A stretch of DNA of 58,169 bases, taken from the IMG/VR virus record IMGVR_UViG_3300002461_000235, positions 1 to 58,169 of that record; one strand, given 5' to 3'. Below the pieces are notes generated by a model that saw nothing but the letters and a program-made list of their open reading frames with translations, was not told where the DNA came from and searched no databases. Shown one piece after another: positions 26,596-36,577 of the stretch (within the stretch, counting starts at the first letter, position 1; each line of letters begins with the position of its first letter). A program made the translations under genes and the position numbers. The DNA comes from a virus.

Positions 26596-28542
26596 ATGGA
26601 TTTAGATAGCATTCTTTCTGAATATAAAGGTACTGCCAAGTCTAAGCCTTCTGGTTTGGATATTGATGCTATTTTGTCTGATTTTAAAGCATCACCAGCA
26701 GAAGCTTTACCAAAAAATATTAAAAAGGTAATCATAAATACTGATCCTAGACCACCTATCTCTGGAATTTCTAAAGACGCTTCTGATGAATTAAATCAGA
26801 CTAGAACTGAGCGTTTTGGTGTAGAAAATCCTAGGCGCAGTCTGCCTACAACTAATATTCAAGAAAGCATTATCAAAGATTATACTGCTGGAAAGGAAAT
26901 GGCGTCTAGTGGCATAAGCGATATAGCTAGCAGTAATCCTGCTAGTGGTGTAGGTAAAACAGCATTAGGTGTTTTCCAAATGGGTACTGCTCCTATTACT
27001 GGAGCAGTAGAAGGAGGTATTGTAACTCCTATTGCTGATATCACTGGTAGCAAATCTATTGGTGATAAAGCCGGCATGGTCGTTAGTACAGCTATTCCTG
27101 TTGTTCCCGGTGGAGCAGCAATTGTTAAAACTATGCCTAAGAACAAAGCTTTCCGTAACCTTGTAGAAAATATTGGTCCTGAAAATCTTCCTGCTACTGT
27201 AGCGGCGATGAAAGCTAATCCTCGCTTAGGCCCTGCTGATTTATCTCCTAGAGTGCTACAGGATGCTCAGCATTTGTTTACAAGTGATGGTCCTCAGATA
27301 GATTACCTTGCTAAAACATCAGCAGCTCGAATGGCTAGCGCTAAAGATAGCGTCAATACAGCATTTGATGCTTCCATGGGAGCTACTGTTAACGCAGCTC
27401 AGAAGATTGATGAATTAAAGAAAGCTGCTCAGGAAATTGGAAAGAAGAATATTGAGCCTGTTTTAGCTGCTAAGCCTCATACAGATATTACTAGCCTAAT
27501 TAAAGACATTGATACTGCTATTGGTCATCCTGCTATGAAAGCAATCAAAGAAGGTAAAGCTCCTCCTTTGCCCTTAACTCCTTATCAGCGTGAATTGCTG
27601 GACGTTAGAAATAAGCTGCGTAGTACAGATTGGCCTGACCGTTCTCAAATGTTTGCCTACACTGATCAGCTACACGATGCTCAAATAGCATTGCGGGAAA
27701 GCGCAAGCGCTCTGTCTAAAAGTGCTACCGGCTCTGAGCGTCACACAGGAAAGCAGTTGTTAGAGTTTCGCGAGAAGATGAAAGATGCTGTTGGTAAAGA
27801 ATACAAAGAAGCATTAGCTAAATATGCAGGTCAAAAGAAAGTTGAAGAAGCCTTTCATTATGGGCATGACAAGATTTTAAAAAACAGTGTGAATGATTTA
27901 GAAAATGATCCGTCATTTTTTAAGAAGTGGGTTGATAGCTCTTCGCGTAAACCGGGAGAATTAGAAGCTGCGAGAGAAGGAGCTAGGCTTAGAATTAATG
28001 CTGAGATTAATGGTACTCGCTCTGCTGCAACTAATCCGGCTAGTCGCGGTACTGCTATTGGGCAAAATGATTTTAATGCTCAGCGTTTAGAAATTTTGCT
28101 TGGTAAGGATGAAGCTGAAAAGCTTTTAACCAAGCTTGAGCATACCCGCATGGAAGCTAATACGCATAATAAGATTGTTGAGGGTAGTCAAACGGCTATG
28201 CGAAGTGCATCTAAATCACAGTTTACTTTACCATACAAAACTCAAGTCATGAAAAGCACTCCTGCCGTCGCTGCTGCTGAAGCGTCTAGTTATTTTATGG
28301 GAGGTATGCCGGGAGCTGGCGCAGCGATGCTTGGCGTAGCTAAAGCTGGTGCGATGGTAAAGGACGCAATTAGCCTGAAGCTGGCTAAGGAGCATAACGC
28401 TCAGTATGCAAAGCTCGCATTACCAACTGAAGGCCCTAGCCGTGACGCTCTAATCGTGGCTCTTGAGGCTCAAATCCCCGGTCCCAAGCAATCCTTGTTG
28501 ACTAGAGGGGCTGGCACTCTTTCTAGGCTTGTAGGACCATAA
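26596..28542 (+). CDS. internal virion / ejection-type protein (648 aa)
   Basis: Position and size. Confidence 0.5.
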   Translation: MDLDSILSEYKGTAKSKPSGLDIDAILSDFKASPAEALPKNIKKVIINTDPRPPISGISKDASDELNQTRTERFGVENPRRSLPTTNIQESIIKDYTAGKEMASSGISDIASSNPASGVGKTALGVFQMGTAPITGAVEGGIVTPIADITGSKSIGDKAGMVVSTAIPVVPGGAAIVKTMPKNKAFRNLVENIGPENLPATVAAMKANPRLGPADLSPRVLQDAQHLFTSDGPQIDYLAKTSAARMASAKDSVNTAFDASMGATVNAAQKIDELKKAAQEIGKKNIEPVLAAKPHTDITSLIKDIDTAIGHPAMKAIKEGKAPPLPLTPYQRELLDVRNKLRSTDWPDRSQMFAYTDQLHDAQIALRESASALSKSATGSERHTGKQLLEFREKMKDAVGKEYKEALAKYAGQKKVEEAFHYGHDKILKNSVNDLENDPSFFKKWVDSSSRKPGELEAAREGARLRINAEINGTRSAATNPASRGTAIGQNDFNAQRLEILLGKDEAEKLLTKLEHTRMEANTHNKIVEGSQTAMRSASKSQFTLPYKTQVMKSTPAVAAAEASSYFMGGMPGAGAAMLGVAKAGAMVKDAISLKLAKEHNAQYAKLALPTEGPSRDALIVALEAQIPGPKQSLLTRGAGTLSRLVGP

Positions 28543-28663
28543 TTTAAATTGTAGAACGATAGGGTCTAAGCAGGTCCATTTTACGTAAGCTAAAATTATC
28601 AGTAGTGTGGGCATCCAAATAAGTCTGCGAAATTTAAAAATTATAGTTAGCAGGAAAAGCAAA

Positions 28664-31384
28664 ATGAATAATTCCATTTTTAAAACTTTCTTATTATCTT
28701 TGTGCATTATTGCTAACACAAATTTAGCTTACGCGCAAACAGCAAGTATTTTGCCTCCTGCTAAAACTCAGTTTCTTGATAATTCAGCAAAGCCTTTAAC
28801 CTCAGGAACGGTAGATTTTTATATTCCGTCTACTACCACTCGTAAAACTACATGGCAAGATGCAGCTAAAACTACGCCTAATGCAAATCCTGTTGTTTTG
28901 GATGCTGGTGGTAGAGGTATAATTTTAGGAGATGGTGCTTATCGCCAAGTTGTTAAAGATAGGCTTGGCAATATAATTTGGGATGCAGTTACTTCTTCTA
29001 CAGGCTCAAGTGGTGGAGGAGGGCCTACCGCTACAGGTGATGGTGATTTAGTTGGAACAATTAAACCTTGGGCTGGAATGTCAGCCCCAAATCAATATGC
29101 GTTCACTTATGGGCAAGAGCTTAATAGAACTACTTATGCAGTTCTGTTTGCTGCCATTACTTCTTCTCAGCCTGTTTTTTGTAATTCAGCATCTCCAATT
29201 TTAAGTGGTTTAACTAGCACTGATAATTTTTGGATTGGTATGAGCGTTGAGGTATCTTGTGTAGCTGCTGGTTTTTCTACAGTAATTTCTAAAACATCAA
29301 CCTCAGTAACATTAGCAACTAATGCTAATGTTACGACTAATACTAATGCTATATTTTTTCCTTGGGGTAGGGGTAATGGCTCTACTACTTTTAATTTACC
29401 AGATTTTAGAGGTTTTGCTATTGCTGGTAATAACATGATGGGAGGAGTAGCTAGCTCTATTTTGACTACTACTTATTTTGGAGCTACTAATCCAAATTCA
29501 TCTGGTGCGGCTGGTGGTTCGCAATCAAATAGTGTCATACTAACTCATACTCACGGTATAACTGATCCGGGGCATACTCATGTTGAAACTGCGTCTGCTG
29601 CCGGAGGAGCATCTAATTACATAGTACATACCAATAATAGTGCTAGTGGTGTTGTCACTAATATGACGCATTCTACTGCTTCTGCTACAACTGGTATAAT
29701 TGTTAGTAATGCTGGTAGCGCTGCTGCACATAGTATTGTTCAACCTACCAAAACTTCAAATTATATTATTAAAATTACTCCAGATGCTAATTCCGCTACT
29801 GCTTCTGGTGTTACTAGTATTCAGGGAATGACAGGTGATATTACTTGTGGTGCTAACATCACTTGTACTGGAAACGTCATTTCAATATCAATTCCTCCCG
29901 GTGGAGTAACTTCTTTAGATGGCGCAACGGGAGCAATTGCTGTTGGTGTTGGTTCTGCTAAAGTCGTAAGTGGTGTTTTAACTACTAATGTTTTAGCATC
30001 TAGAGCTTACGCAGCTACTTTAGATTTATCTAGCTATACTTCAATAAAAACATTAGGCTACGCAACTCCCGGTGATGGTGGGGGAGCTACTTTTGTTAAA
30101 GTGTCTGGAGTTCCGTTTAAAGATACTTACATTCTAACTGGTACTATTGCTGCTGGAGCAGGTTATACTAACGGCACTTATTTAGGTGTCCCAATGGGAG
30201 GCGGAGTAGGTATAGGATGTATTGGAAAAGTAACAGTAGCAGGAGGAGTTGTAACTGCGGTTGATCTTACTGGAGGATTTTGTAATGGTTATGCAGTAGG
30301 CAACGTTTTAACTCCTCTCAATTCCGCTGTAGGTGGTACTGGTGGTGGTGCAACGTACACTGTTAGTACTATCAGCTCTCCAACAGGTTCTTTTACTGAT
30401 GCTGTTGGCGCTCTATGGCAATATGTAGTCGATGAAGGTGGCGCTCCTAATGGGCGTCAATTTGGCATCAAAGCGGATTGGGCTGGTACTGATGGGACAG
30501 CTACAAATGATTTAGCTTCATTTAAGTCAGCCATGGCGTTTATGTCTACTACAAATGGTTCTGCTTCTGCTATCATTAATGGTGGCACATTCTTAATGCC
30601 TAAAGGAGCAGCCTACTTTTGTGCTAGCCCTTCTCAATTCGCTACATTACAAATTCCTAATGGTGTTATTATTAAAGGTGCTGGGGTATATGGCGGTACA
30701 ACACTTAAGCAATGCACTGTAGCTGATAGCGCTGAGCATTTTGTATCTCTCTGCGATCCTAATTCGCAGTTTGGGCAATTCGGTTGTCGTCTGGAAGATG
30801 TTGCCTTAATTATGACAGGTAGTTCTGCATCCGGTACATCAGCTATTTACTCAAATAGTGGACAGCAGTTTCCTTTAATTACCAATGTGTATATTCAGCC
30901 AGTAGGACGCCAATGTATAAAATATGAAATAGGTAAAGGAGGAGCATCTAACGCTATTTTTGAAAAATTTGATTGTGAGGTTGCTGACACTACTACTAAT
31001 GTTAATTTTTCAGGAAACTCGTCAGGAACTCAAATTATAATTCGTGATGCTGTATTTGGTTGTGCTCCTAGCCTTTGTGCTCTTGGTATTTATGCTGTAA
31101 ATATGCAAGCTGGAAACTTTATTATTCAAAATACGCATATTGAGCAACACAGAGATGGGATTAATGTAGCTACTAGTTCAGCAAGCCAACTTTCAAAATT
31201 AAGCAATTTGACTATTGTTAGCGGTTGTGTCAATGGGATAACTTTACAATCTACTAACCCAAACAACACTGTGTTGGTTGAAAATGTAGAAAGTAGTTGT
31301 TCTACTGCTACAGTTTTAAATGGTCATACCGCTGGTTCAAATGTGACTGGTAATATTTTAGCGCAACGTGTATTTAACCCATAG
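28664..31384 (+). CDS. tail fibre/spike: signal-peptide-like N-terminus, fibre N-domain, tail-collar domain, HxH-rich region, C-terminal beta-helix-like domain
   Basis: Collar motif FNLPDFRGFAIAG, HTHGITDPGHTHVE, and N-domain FLDNSAKPLTSGTVDFYIPSTTTRKTTW..NPVVLDAGGRG. Confidence 0.8.
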   Translation: MNNSIFKTFLLSLCIIANTNLAYAQTASILPPAKTQFLDNSAKPLTSGTVDFYIPSTTTRKTTWQDAAKTTPNANPVVLDAGGRGIILGDGAYRQVVKDRLGNIIWDAVTSSTGSSGGGGPTATGDGDLVGTIKPWAGMSAPNQYAFTYGQELNRTTYAVLFAAITSSQPVFCNSASPILSGLTSTDNFWIGMSVEVSCVAAGFSTVISKTSTSVTLATNANVTTNTNAIFFPWGRGNGSTTFNLPDFRGFAIAGNNMMGGVASSILTTTYFGATNPNSSGAAGGSQSNSVILTHTHGITDPGHTHVETASAAGGASNYIVHTNNSASGVVTNMTHSTASATTGIIVSNAGSAAAHSIVQPTKTSNYIIKITPDANSATASGVTSIQGMTGDITCGANITCTGNVISISIPPGGVTSLDGATGAIAVGVGSAKVVSGVLTTNVLASRAYAATLDLSSYTSIKTLGYATPGDGGGATFVKVSGVPFKDTYILTGTIAAGAGYTNGTYLGVPMGGGVGIGCIGKVTVAGGVVTAVDLTGGFCNGYAVGNVLTPLNSAVGGTGGGATYTVSTISSPTGSFTDAVGALWQYVVDEGGAPNGRQFGIKADWAGTDGTATNDLASFKSAMAFMSTTNGSASAIINGGTFLMPKGAAYFCASPSQFATLQIPNGVIIKGAGVYGGTTLKQCTVADSAEHFVSLCDPNSQFGQFGCRLEDVALIMTGSSASGTSAIYSNSGQQFPLITNVYIQPVGRQCIKYEIGKGGASNAIFEKFDCEVADTTTNVNFSGNSSGTQIIIRDAVFGCAPSLCALGIYAVNMQAGNFIIQNTHIEQHRDGINVATSSASQLSKLSNLTIVSGCVNGITLQSTNPNNTVLVENVESSCSTATVLNGHTAGSNVTGNILAQRVFNP

Positions 31385-31393
31385 AGGTATCAA

Positions 31394-32002
31394 ATGATTG
31401 ACCGTAAGAAATTTTTTGATGGCGTTAAACAGCAACCTTTTTCTGGTAAGCTAGCTAAAGGCCAAGTCCAAGGAATGTCAGCAATACTAGATGAATGGGA
31501 GCGACGCAAGCTTACTGACTTGCGATGGTTAGCATATATGTTGGGTACTACCAAATGGGAGACTGCCCACACTATGACTCCAAACAAAGAAGCTGGAGGC
31601 AATGCATATTATACTCGTATGTATGACCCTCTTGGTTCTCGATCTGCACTAGCCAAACGAAACGGCAATACAACTCCCGGTGATGGAGCTAGATATTGTG
31701 GACGCGGCTTTGTGCAATTAACTTGGAAGAATAACTACGCTGCGATGACTAAACTTTTAAAGGCTGCTGGAATTGATGCTGATTTGGTTAAAAATCCAGA
31801 CTTAGCTATGCAGGTGGATATTGCTTCTTTTGTGATGTTTGAGGGAATGATTAGAGGAACGTTTACTGGAAAGAAATTATTAAATTATTTTAACGGGAGC
31901 ATTACCGATTGGCTTAACGCTCGCAGGATTATCAACGGAACTGATAAAATGGTAGAAATTGCCGGAATATCTAAGCAATTCTACGCTGATTTAATAAATT
32001 AA
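31394..32002 (+). CDS. endolysin, glycoside hydrolase family 19-like
   Basis: Motif YCGRGFVQLTWKNNY (GH19 GRGxxQLTxxxNY). Confidence 0.75.
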   Translation: MIDRKKFFDGVKQQPFSGKLAKGQVQGMSAILDEWERRKLTDLRWLAYMLGTTKWETAHTMTPNKEAGGNAYYTRMYDPLGSRSALAKRNGNTTPGDGARYCGRGFVQLTWKNNYAAMTKLLKAAGIDADLVKNPDLAMQVDIASFVMFEGMIRGTFTGKKLLNYFNGSITDWLNARRIINGTDKMVEIAGISKQFYADLIN

Positions 32003-32060
32003 ACCTTGTAGTTCCATTTAAAATATTTTACAGCTTCTTTGGATAGAGGGGATTTTACTA

Positions 32061-32504
32061 ATGGCTTTTTCTACTGAAACTGTTGGCAGATTATTAGCTT
32101 CAGGCCGTAACTATATCAGCACGGCAGTTGGATTTATTGGTGGTGTGGGCATTGTCTCTGCTGCTAATTCTAAAGGTATGATAGACGCCATTAATGAAAT
32201 CTTCACTGGATTAGGTATGGTGTTCAGTGGAGCTACTTCATTGTGGAATGTTTTACTTGTAGCATTTCCTATTATTGGTGGTATCATGGCTCGCTACGCT
32301 AGCAAGTCAGCTAAGGTTGACAGTCAAGCTGCTTCTATTGTGGAAGCTCTTAAAGACCCCAATACGCCAGTTTCTTTAGAAGCAAAAGCATCAGTATTAG
32401 AAGCTGTAGTAAATATTGATGAAGTTAAAACTCCTGCTATAAAAGTTGCTGATCCTGTTTTAGCTAATATGGTTCCTTCTGATAAAGTGGTAGCAGTTAA
32501 ATGA
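32061..32504 (+). CDS. holin-like membrane protein
   Basis: Two hydrophobic helices; adjacent to the endolysin. Confidence 0.4.
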   Translation: MAFSTETVGRLLASGRNYISTAVGFIGGVGIVSAANSKGMIDAINEIFTGLGMVFSGATSLWNVLLVAFPIIGGIMARYASKSAKVDSQAASIVEALKDPNTPVSLEAKASVLEAVVNIDEVKTPAIKVADPVLANMVPSDKVVAVK

Positions 32505-32929
32505 AAAAAATTATAGCAATATCATTTACAGCATTAGCTCTTGCAGGTTGCGTAGGAGAATTTGGTAGCCGTGTTGCTGCCGTAAAGGAAACTATTGCTG
32601 CTGTATCCAATTTCACTGTCACTCAAGGCCAAGTTGATACAGCTCGCACGGCTTACAATGGAGCTGTGTTAGCCCCATTGCGTCGCTATGCCCTTCTGCC
32701 TCGTTGCAAGACAGGACAAACCATCAGCATTAACGTTCCTTGCCATGATAGGCTTATGCTCGTAAAGCTTAGAGATGCTGATAAAGTTGTAGAAAAAGGA
32801 TTTAAAGAAACTCAACGCAAAATTGACACTGGTGATAATTCTGGTGCATCTTTAGCTTATGATACTCTCATGATTGCTATTGATACAGCCAAAGCTCTTA
32901 TTGCTAAAACTGGAGTTGAAGTATTATGA
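32501..32929 (+). CDS. lipoprotein (possible outer-membrane spanin component)
   Basis: Lipobox MKKIIAISFTALALAGC. Confidence 0.6.
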   Translation: MKKIIAISFTALALAGCVGEFGSRVAAVKETIAAVSNFTVTQGQVDTARTAYNGAVLAPLRRYALLPRCKTGQTISINVPCHDRLMLVKLRDADKVVEKGFKETQRKIDTGDNSGASLAYDTLMIAIDTAKALIAKTGVEVL

Positions 32930-33144
32930 TTGATGTTAACACGATCAAGCTTGCTTTGGCTTTAGCTACTACCGCCTATCAATTAGGTAAGGATGCAGCT
33001 CCTTACATTAGATTGGCTTATGAAATTCAGTTTAAAAATAAAATTTTGACGATTGAGGAACGAAAAGCGATGGAAGCGCAGGAACAATCTTGGCGTGAGG
33101 AGATTGACGCTATCATAGCGGCTGATGAAACTGCGACCGATTAA
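32926..33144 (+). CDS. hypothetical lysis-cassette protein
   Basis: ORF-track ORF, overlapping its neighbours. Confidence 0.5.
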   Translation: MIDVNTIKLALALATTAYQLGKDAAPYIRLAYEIQFKNKILTIEERKAMEAQEQSWREEIDAIIAADETATD

Positions 33145-33410
33145 TGGACCAAGAATTACTTAAGCTAGGAATAGCTGGTCTTATTTGTGTAGTCCTTTGG
33201 ATTATGCTTATGAAATCTGAAAAACGCGAAGAAAAAAAAGACATTCGTATTCAAATGCTAGAAAATCAATTGATTGAAAGCTATGATGAAAGAATACAAG
33301 CTGCTGATAGAATAGCTGGAGCTATTCATGATAGTGCTTCTGCTGCTAATAATGCCGCTAAAGCTTTAGAAATATTAACAACTGAGGTTAAGGCTAATAG
33401 TAATGGATAA
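33144..33410 (+). CDS. N-terminal TM plus coiled-coil protein (i-spanin-like)
   Basis: LLKLGIAGLICVVLWIMLM followed by charged helical sequence. Confidence 0.4.
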   Translation: MDQELLKLGIAGLICVVLWIMLMKSEKREEKKDIRIQMLENQLIESYDERIQAADRIAGAIHDSASAANNAAKALEILTTEVKANSNG

Positions 33411-33600
33411 AGTCTTAAAGCAGTTTCGTCGCATATATTCCGATAATGGTAGCGGTGATGTTGATTTCACAAAGCAGGAAGAAGATTTGCGGGTATCTAG
33501 AGATAAATTGAACCAAGCTACTCAAGATTTGGTCAGAGCATCAGAGCGGCTCAATGACGCGGCTTTAGGAGCTACCTTCAAGACTAGGCAGTATCATTAG
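33403..33600 (+). CDS. hypothetical protein; last gene of the rightward late block
   Basis: ORF-track ORF. Confidence 0.5.
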   Translation: MDKVLKQFRRIYSDNGSGDVDFTKQEEDLRVSRDKLNQATQDLVRASERLNDAALGATFKTRQYH

Positions 33601-33828
33601 ATCGATATTCCGGCTCAGCCATTCGTTATTTCAGCTCCCGGCTCCCTGAGCAGCGGCAAAAAGGAAAGGCCCCCAGGAGAGCCTTATTCCTCGAATATAT
33701 GCCAGTCTGGACAGGGCCGGGACAGCTCAGAACGCAGCCAAGCGGAGGCACGTTCGCTCAATGGCGGAAACTCAACAAAGAGCCATGCCAATAACCTACG
33801 CATTTACGCAAAATAACACAAATCTAAA

Positions 33829-34005
33829 TCAAGAAATGATCAATTTTGACCGTTCTAGTCTTTTAAAATACTCAGCGGTTTTTCTCAGCTTATTGCATGG
33901 CTTACAGTGTAGCTTAACCATTAATGTTCGCATATAGCTAAATTCATTCCCACACTTGAGACAAGTGCTGATTTGTGGGACTGGCTTACGGGTTATGCGG
34001 GACAT
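33829..34005 (-). CDS. possible 58-aa zinc-ribbon protein
   Basis: Own translation MSRITRKPVPQISTCLKCGNEF...LHCKPCNKL...; starts 3 nt after the upstream stop. Confidence 0.45.
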   Translation of the reverse strand: MSRITRKPVPQISTCLKCGNEFSYMRTLMVKLHCKPCNKLRKTAEYFKRLERSKLIIS

Positions 34006-34008
34006 TAC

Positions 34009-34275
34009 TCACTCAAACAAGTGAGTAACAGGAGCTAAACCTTTTGCCTTACGTTGACGATTCTTCATTTCCAAACCCATATCCATGCAATGAACACAAC
34101 GATCATCAGCAGGAACATTCTTAAATTCAGCAAACTTAACAATCTCTGAAGCCATAAATTGATACTTGGAACGATTATTGCGGTTTACCTTACCATTACC
34201 AATTGGCTTAGCTGAGCAGATGGAAAAAGGAGCCTGAGTATTTCCAGCGTTTCCTTGAAGGTGAACTTTAGCCAT
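34009..34275 (-). CDS. hypothetical basic protein
   Basis: ORF-track ORF. Confidence 0.55.
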   Translation of the reverse strand: MAKVHLQGNAGNTQAPFSICSAKPIGNGKVNRNNRSKYQFMASEIVKFAEFKNVPADDRCVHCMDMGLEMKNRQRKAKGLAPVTHLFE

Positions 34276-34336
34276 TGTGTTGCTCCATCTGTTATTGATA
34301 GAGTATCAGGATTGAAAATTAAGTCAACTGCTATTT

Positions 34337-36268
34337 TTAAAAGAACTCAATCTGCTTAGGCTTAGGACTATATCCAATATCTTCTAATATTTCTTTAGCA
34401 TATCGAATGTACCAGCTATAATCTATATCATCAGGGAAGCTCTCTGGCAGCTCCATACAGGGCTTTGCTCCATCAGTGTCAGCTACCTTATTTCCTGTCT
34501 GTACCGTCTGTATGCAACCTAATTCACCCTTGGCGTAGTACCAGCGAATTACCTTCCCCAAATATTCCCTGTTTTTGTGGGCACCGGGAGCCTTGGCTTG
34601 CCGCACTGCAATAAATCTTGTGAAATCAGAACAACCTTTAATTGTTTCTTCAATTGGTACGCCATGAGCCAATAGCTTCTCTACAGCATCAGAGCAAATT
34701 AGAACAAATGGATTGGTATCAAGTTTGGTTCCTGACTGAGAGCCTACTTCCGAATATGGACCTTTCTTCTTAATTCCTTTATCAAGCTTTACAGCAAAAT
34801 AAGCGTTAACATCTCTAGCGTAGTAAGCTGAGTATTCGGTTTCCTCAGTATCAAATCTGGTTTGCTGCTCCCAAGCTTTAATAATGGCATCTAGCTTTTC
34901 TTGATCAACTCTATCGTGATAAATAACAATGCCGTCTGTATTAGCCGATACTACATCAAATCCAGCAGTAACCAGCATTTCTATTAGCATTAAAATACTA
35001 AGTTGACAAGTCAAATTCATTTGCATTGTTAAATGTGGCGAGCGCAACTTAGACCACAGATCGCTGAATTTTCCAGATGTACCATTAAGGAAAATCTTTA
35101 ATCCTTTATCCTTAGTGAAGTTCTTAGCTCGCTTTGCTTCTACACGGCTATCTTTAAATCCCCTGAATACAGTTAGGAAGTTTTCTCCAGCTCCAATAGG
35201 GCACAAGCCTAAATTTAAAATGCAGTTTGGATAGAAGCTGGTAACATCTCTATCAGTGAGCTTCTTAGTCTCAGTAGCCTTATATGCTACATTCTTTTCT
35301 TTAGAGTGCAACCCTCCAATACCAAAGCTGTATTCCATATTGGCTATTCTAATGGTCGCATCTACTCCTTCAGGAGTATCTAGATAACCATTAGGACCAA
35401 TCATGAATTTAGCTTTTTTACAAACCTCCAGAAAGTTTTGCAATACTGGTGTAGTAAAATTTAAAAAGCTTGGAGCTTGATAGTAGTACGGTCCTGATTT
35501 GATATCAGGACGCTCAATCTGCTTTCCATTTAAGCGGCTGATTTCTTTTGATAGCACAATCTCAGCCATTTGAGCATCAGACTTGCTTCTTAAATCTTCC
35601 CGATATTCATTTCCTATGACTTCGCGCAACTCAATGCGCTCTTTCATAAAGTCAAAAAGCTCCTCAGTAATGTCTAGCTGATTACAGTTAAACTTTTTAA
35701 TTTCTCCAATTTCAAATTCAGTTAAATCAGCGTTAATATCAAATGGCTGATCCTGAATAGACCTAGTGTGAAGCCTAGCGCCATAAAGTCTGAGACTTCC
35801 TTTGAGCGGTGCAACCTCAATTAAATCTATATGATTGGTTTTAAAAACTTGAAAACCATAGTTACGCTTTAGTTCCCATTCGCGCATTCCATTAACGATT
35901 AAGTCATTAGTGGCGTCTTTTAAAAGGTTTGCATCTTGATAATGATATGCCAGCCACAATATAGGCAAATCAAAGCTAAGAGAATTAAATCCAACTGTCC
36001 GATAGCTGTGCATTATCCAAGACAAAAATTGAGGATTGAAGCTCCTGCCTTCTCCACACTCCAGCTCAACAAACTTTCCTGTAGTGTGGAGCTTAAATGT
36101 GATCAGGAAATAATTTGGATATACTTCAGCGTTGAGGAAAAGTGTTCCTCCAGCATTAGCTGTTAACTCAGCATCAGTCAGGTATTCACGCTGAATGAAT
36201 GGACGCGGCTTGTAAGGTAGCAGCTCTGTGCGCTTATCTAGGACTATTAAACCTTCATCGTTTAACAT
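34337..36268 (-). CDS. DNA polymerase with family-B-type motifs and an N-terminal exonuclease-like region
   Basis: RDVTSFYPNCIL (DxxSLYPS-like), KIFLNGTSGKF (KxxxNSxYG-like), SANTDGIVI (DTDS-like), GFNSLSFDLPIL (ExoII-like). Confidence 0.75.
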   Translation of the reverse strand: MLNDEGLIVLDKRTELLPYKPRPFIQREYLTDAELTANAGGTLFLNAEVYPNYFLITFKLHTTGKFVELECGEGRSFNPQFLSWIMHSYRTVGFNSLSFDLPILWLAYHYQDANLLKDATNDLIVNGMREWELKRNYGFQVFKTNHIDLIEVAPLKGSLRLYGARLHTRSIQDQPFDINADLTEFEIGEIKKFNCNQLDITEELFDFMKERIELREVIGNEYREDLRSKSDAQMAEIVLSKEISRLNGKQIERPDIKSGPYYYQAPSFLNFTTPVLQNFLEVCKKAKFMIGPNGYLDTPEGVDATIRIANMEYSFGIGGLHSKEKNVAYKATETKKLTDRDVTSFYPNCILNLGLCPIGAGENFLTVFRGFKDSRVEAKRAKNFTKDKGLKIFLNGTSGKFSDLWSKLRSPHLTMQMNLTCQLSILMLIEMLVTAGFDVVSANTDGIVIYHDRVDQEKLDAIIKAWEQQTRFDTEETEYSAYYARDVNAYFAVKLDKGIKKKGPYSEVGSQSGTKLDTNPFVLICSDAVEKLLAHGVPIEETIKGCSDFTRFIAVRQAKAPGAHKNREYLGKVIRWYYAKGELGCIQTVQTGNKVADTDGAKPCMELPESFPDDIDYSWYIRYAKEILEDIGYSPKPKQIEFF

Positions 36269-36422
36269 TTAAAATCTTCTTAAGCTCCTCAGCCGCACTT
36301 TCTATATATTTGTATTCTTTAGATAAGCGCTCAGCTAAAGCAATTTCAACCTCAGAAGCTTTCCAAGGCTGAATACCAACTGTCATTAAAACGTAAGCTG
36401 CTTTTTGACTAGGTTCTGGCAT
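36255..36422 (-). CDS. possible 55-aa protein
   Basis: Own translation MPEPSQKAAYVLMTVGIQPW...; overlapping stop/start with neighbours. Confidence 0.4.
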   Translation of the reverse strand: MPEPSQKAAYVLMTVGIQPWKASEVEIALAERLSKEYKYIESAAEELKKILNVKR

Positions 36423-36577
36423 TAACCTACCTTAGTTTTAATTCTACGCTCAAAGAAAATATAGCCATTATACATAGCTGCCACATACCAGCCAACAGCC
36501 CCATACTCTTTTAGAATTTCCATATGCTCAGCTAAAGTAGCTGGGATAGGGACGTTTAAATATTCATAGATTATCAT
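36422..36577 (-). CDS. possible 51-aa protein
   Basis: Own translation MIIYEYLNVPIPATLAEHMEILKEYG...; ATGA overlap with the upstream gene. Confidence 0.4.
   Translation of the reverse strand: MIIYEYLNVPIPATLAEHMEILKEYGAVGWYVAAMYNGYIFFERRIKTKVG

Noticed and set aside
28664-31384. Diversity-generating retroelement targeting the fibre, as in BPP-1-type podoviruses
   Set aside because: No ORF with reverse-transcriptase motifs (YxDD) occurs anywhere in the window. I saw no template/variable repeat pair near the 3' end of the fibre gene.
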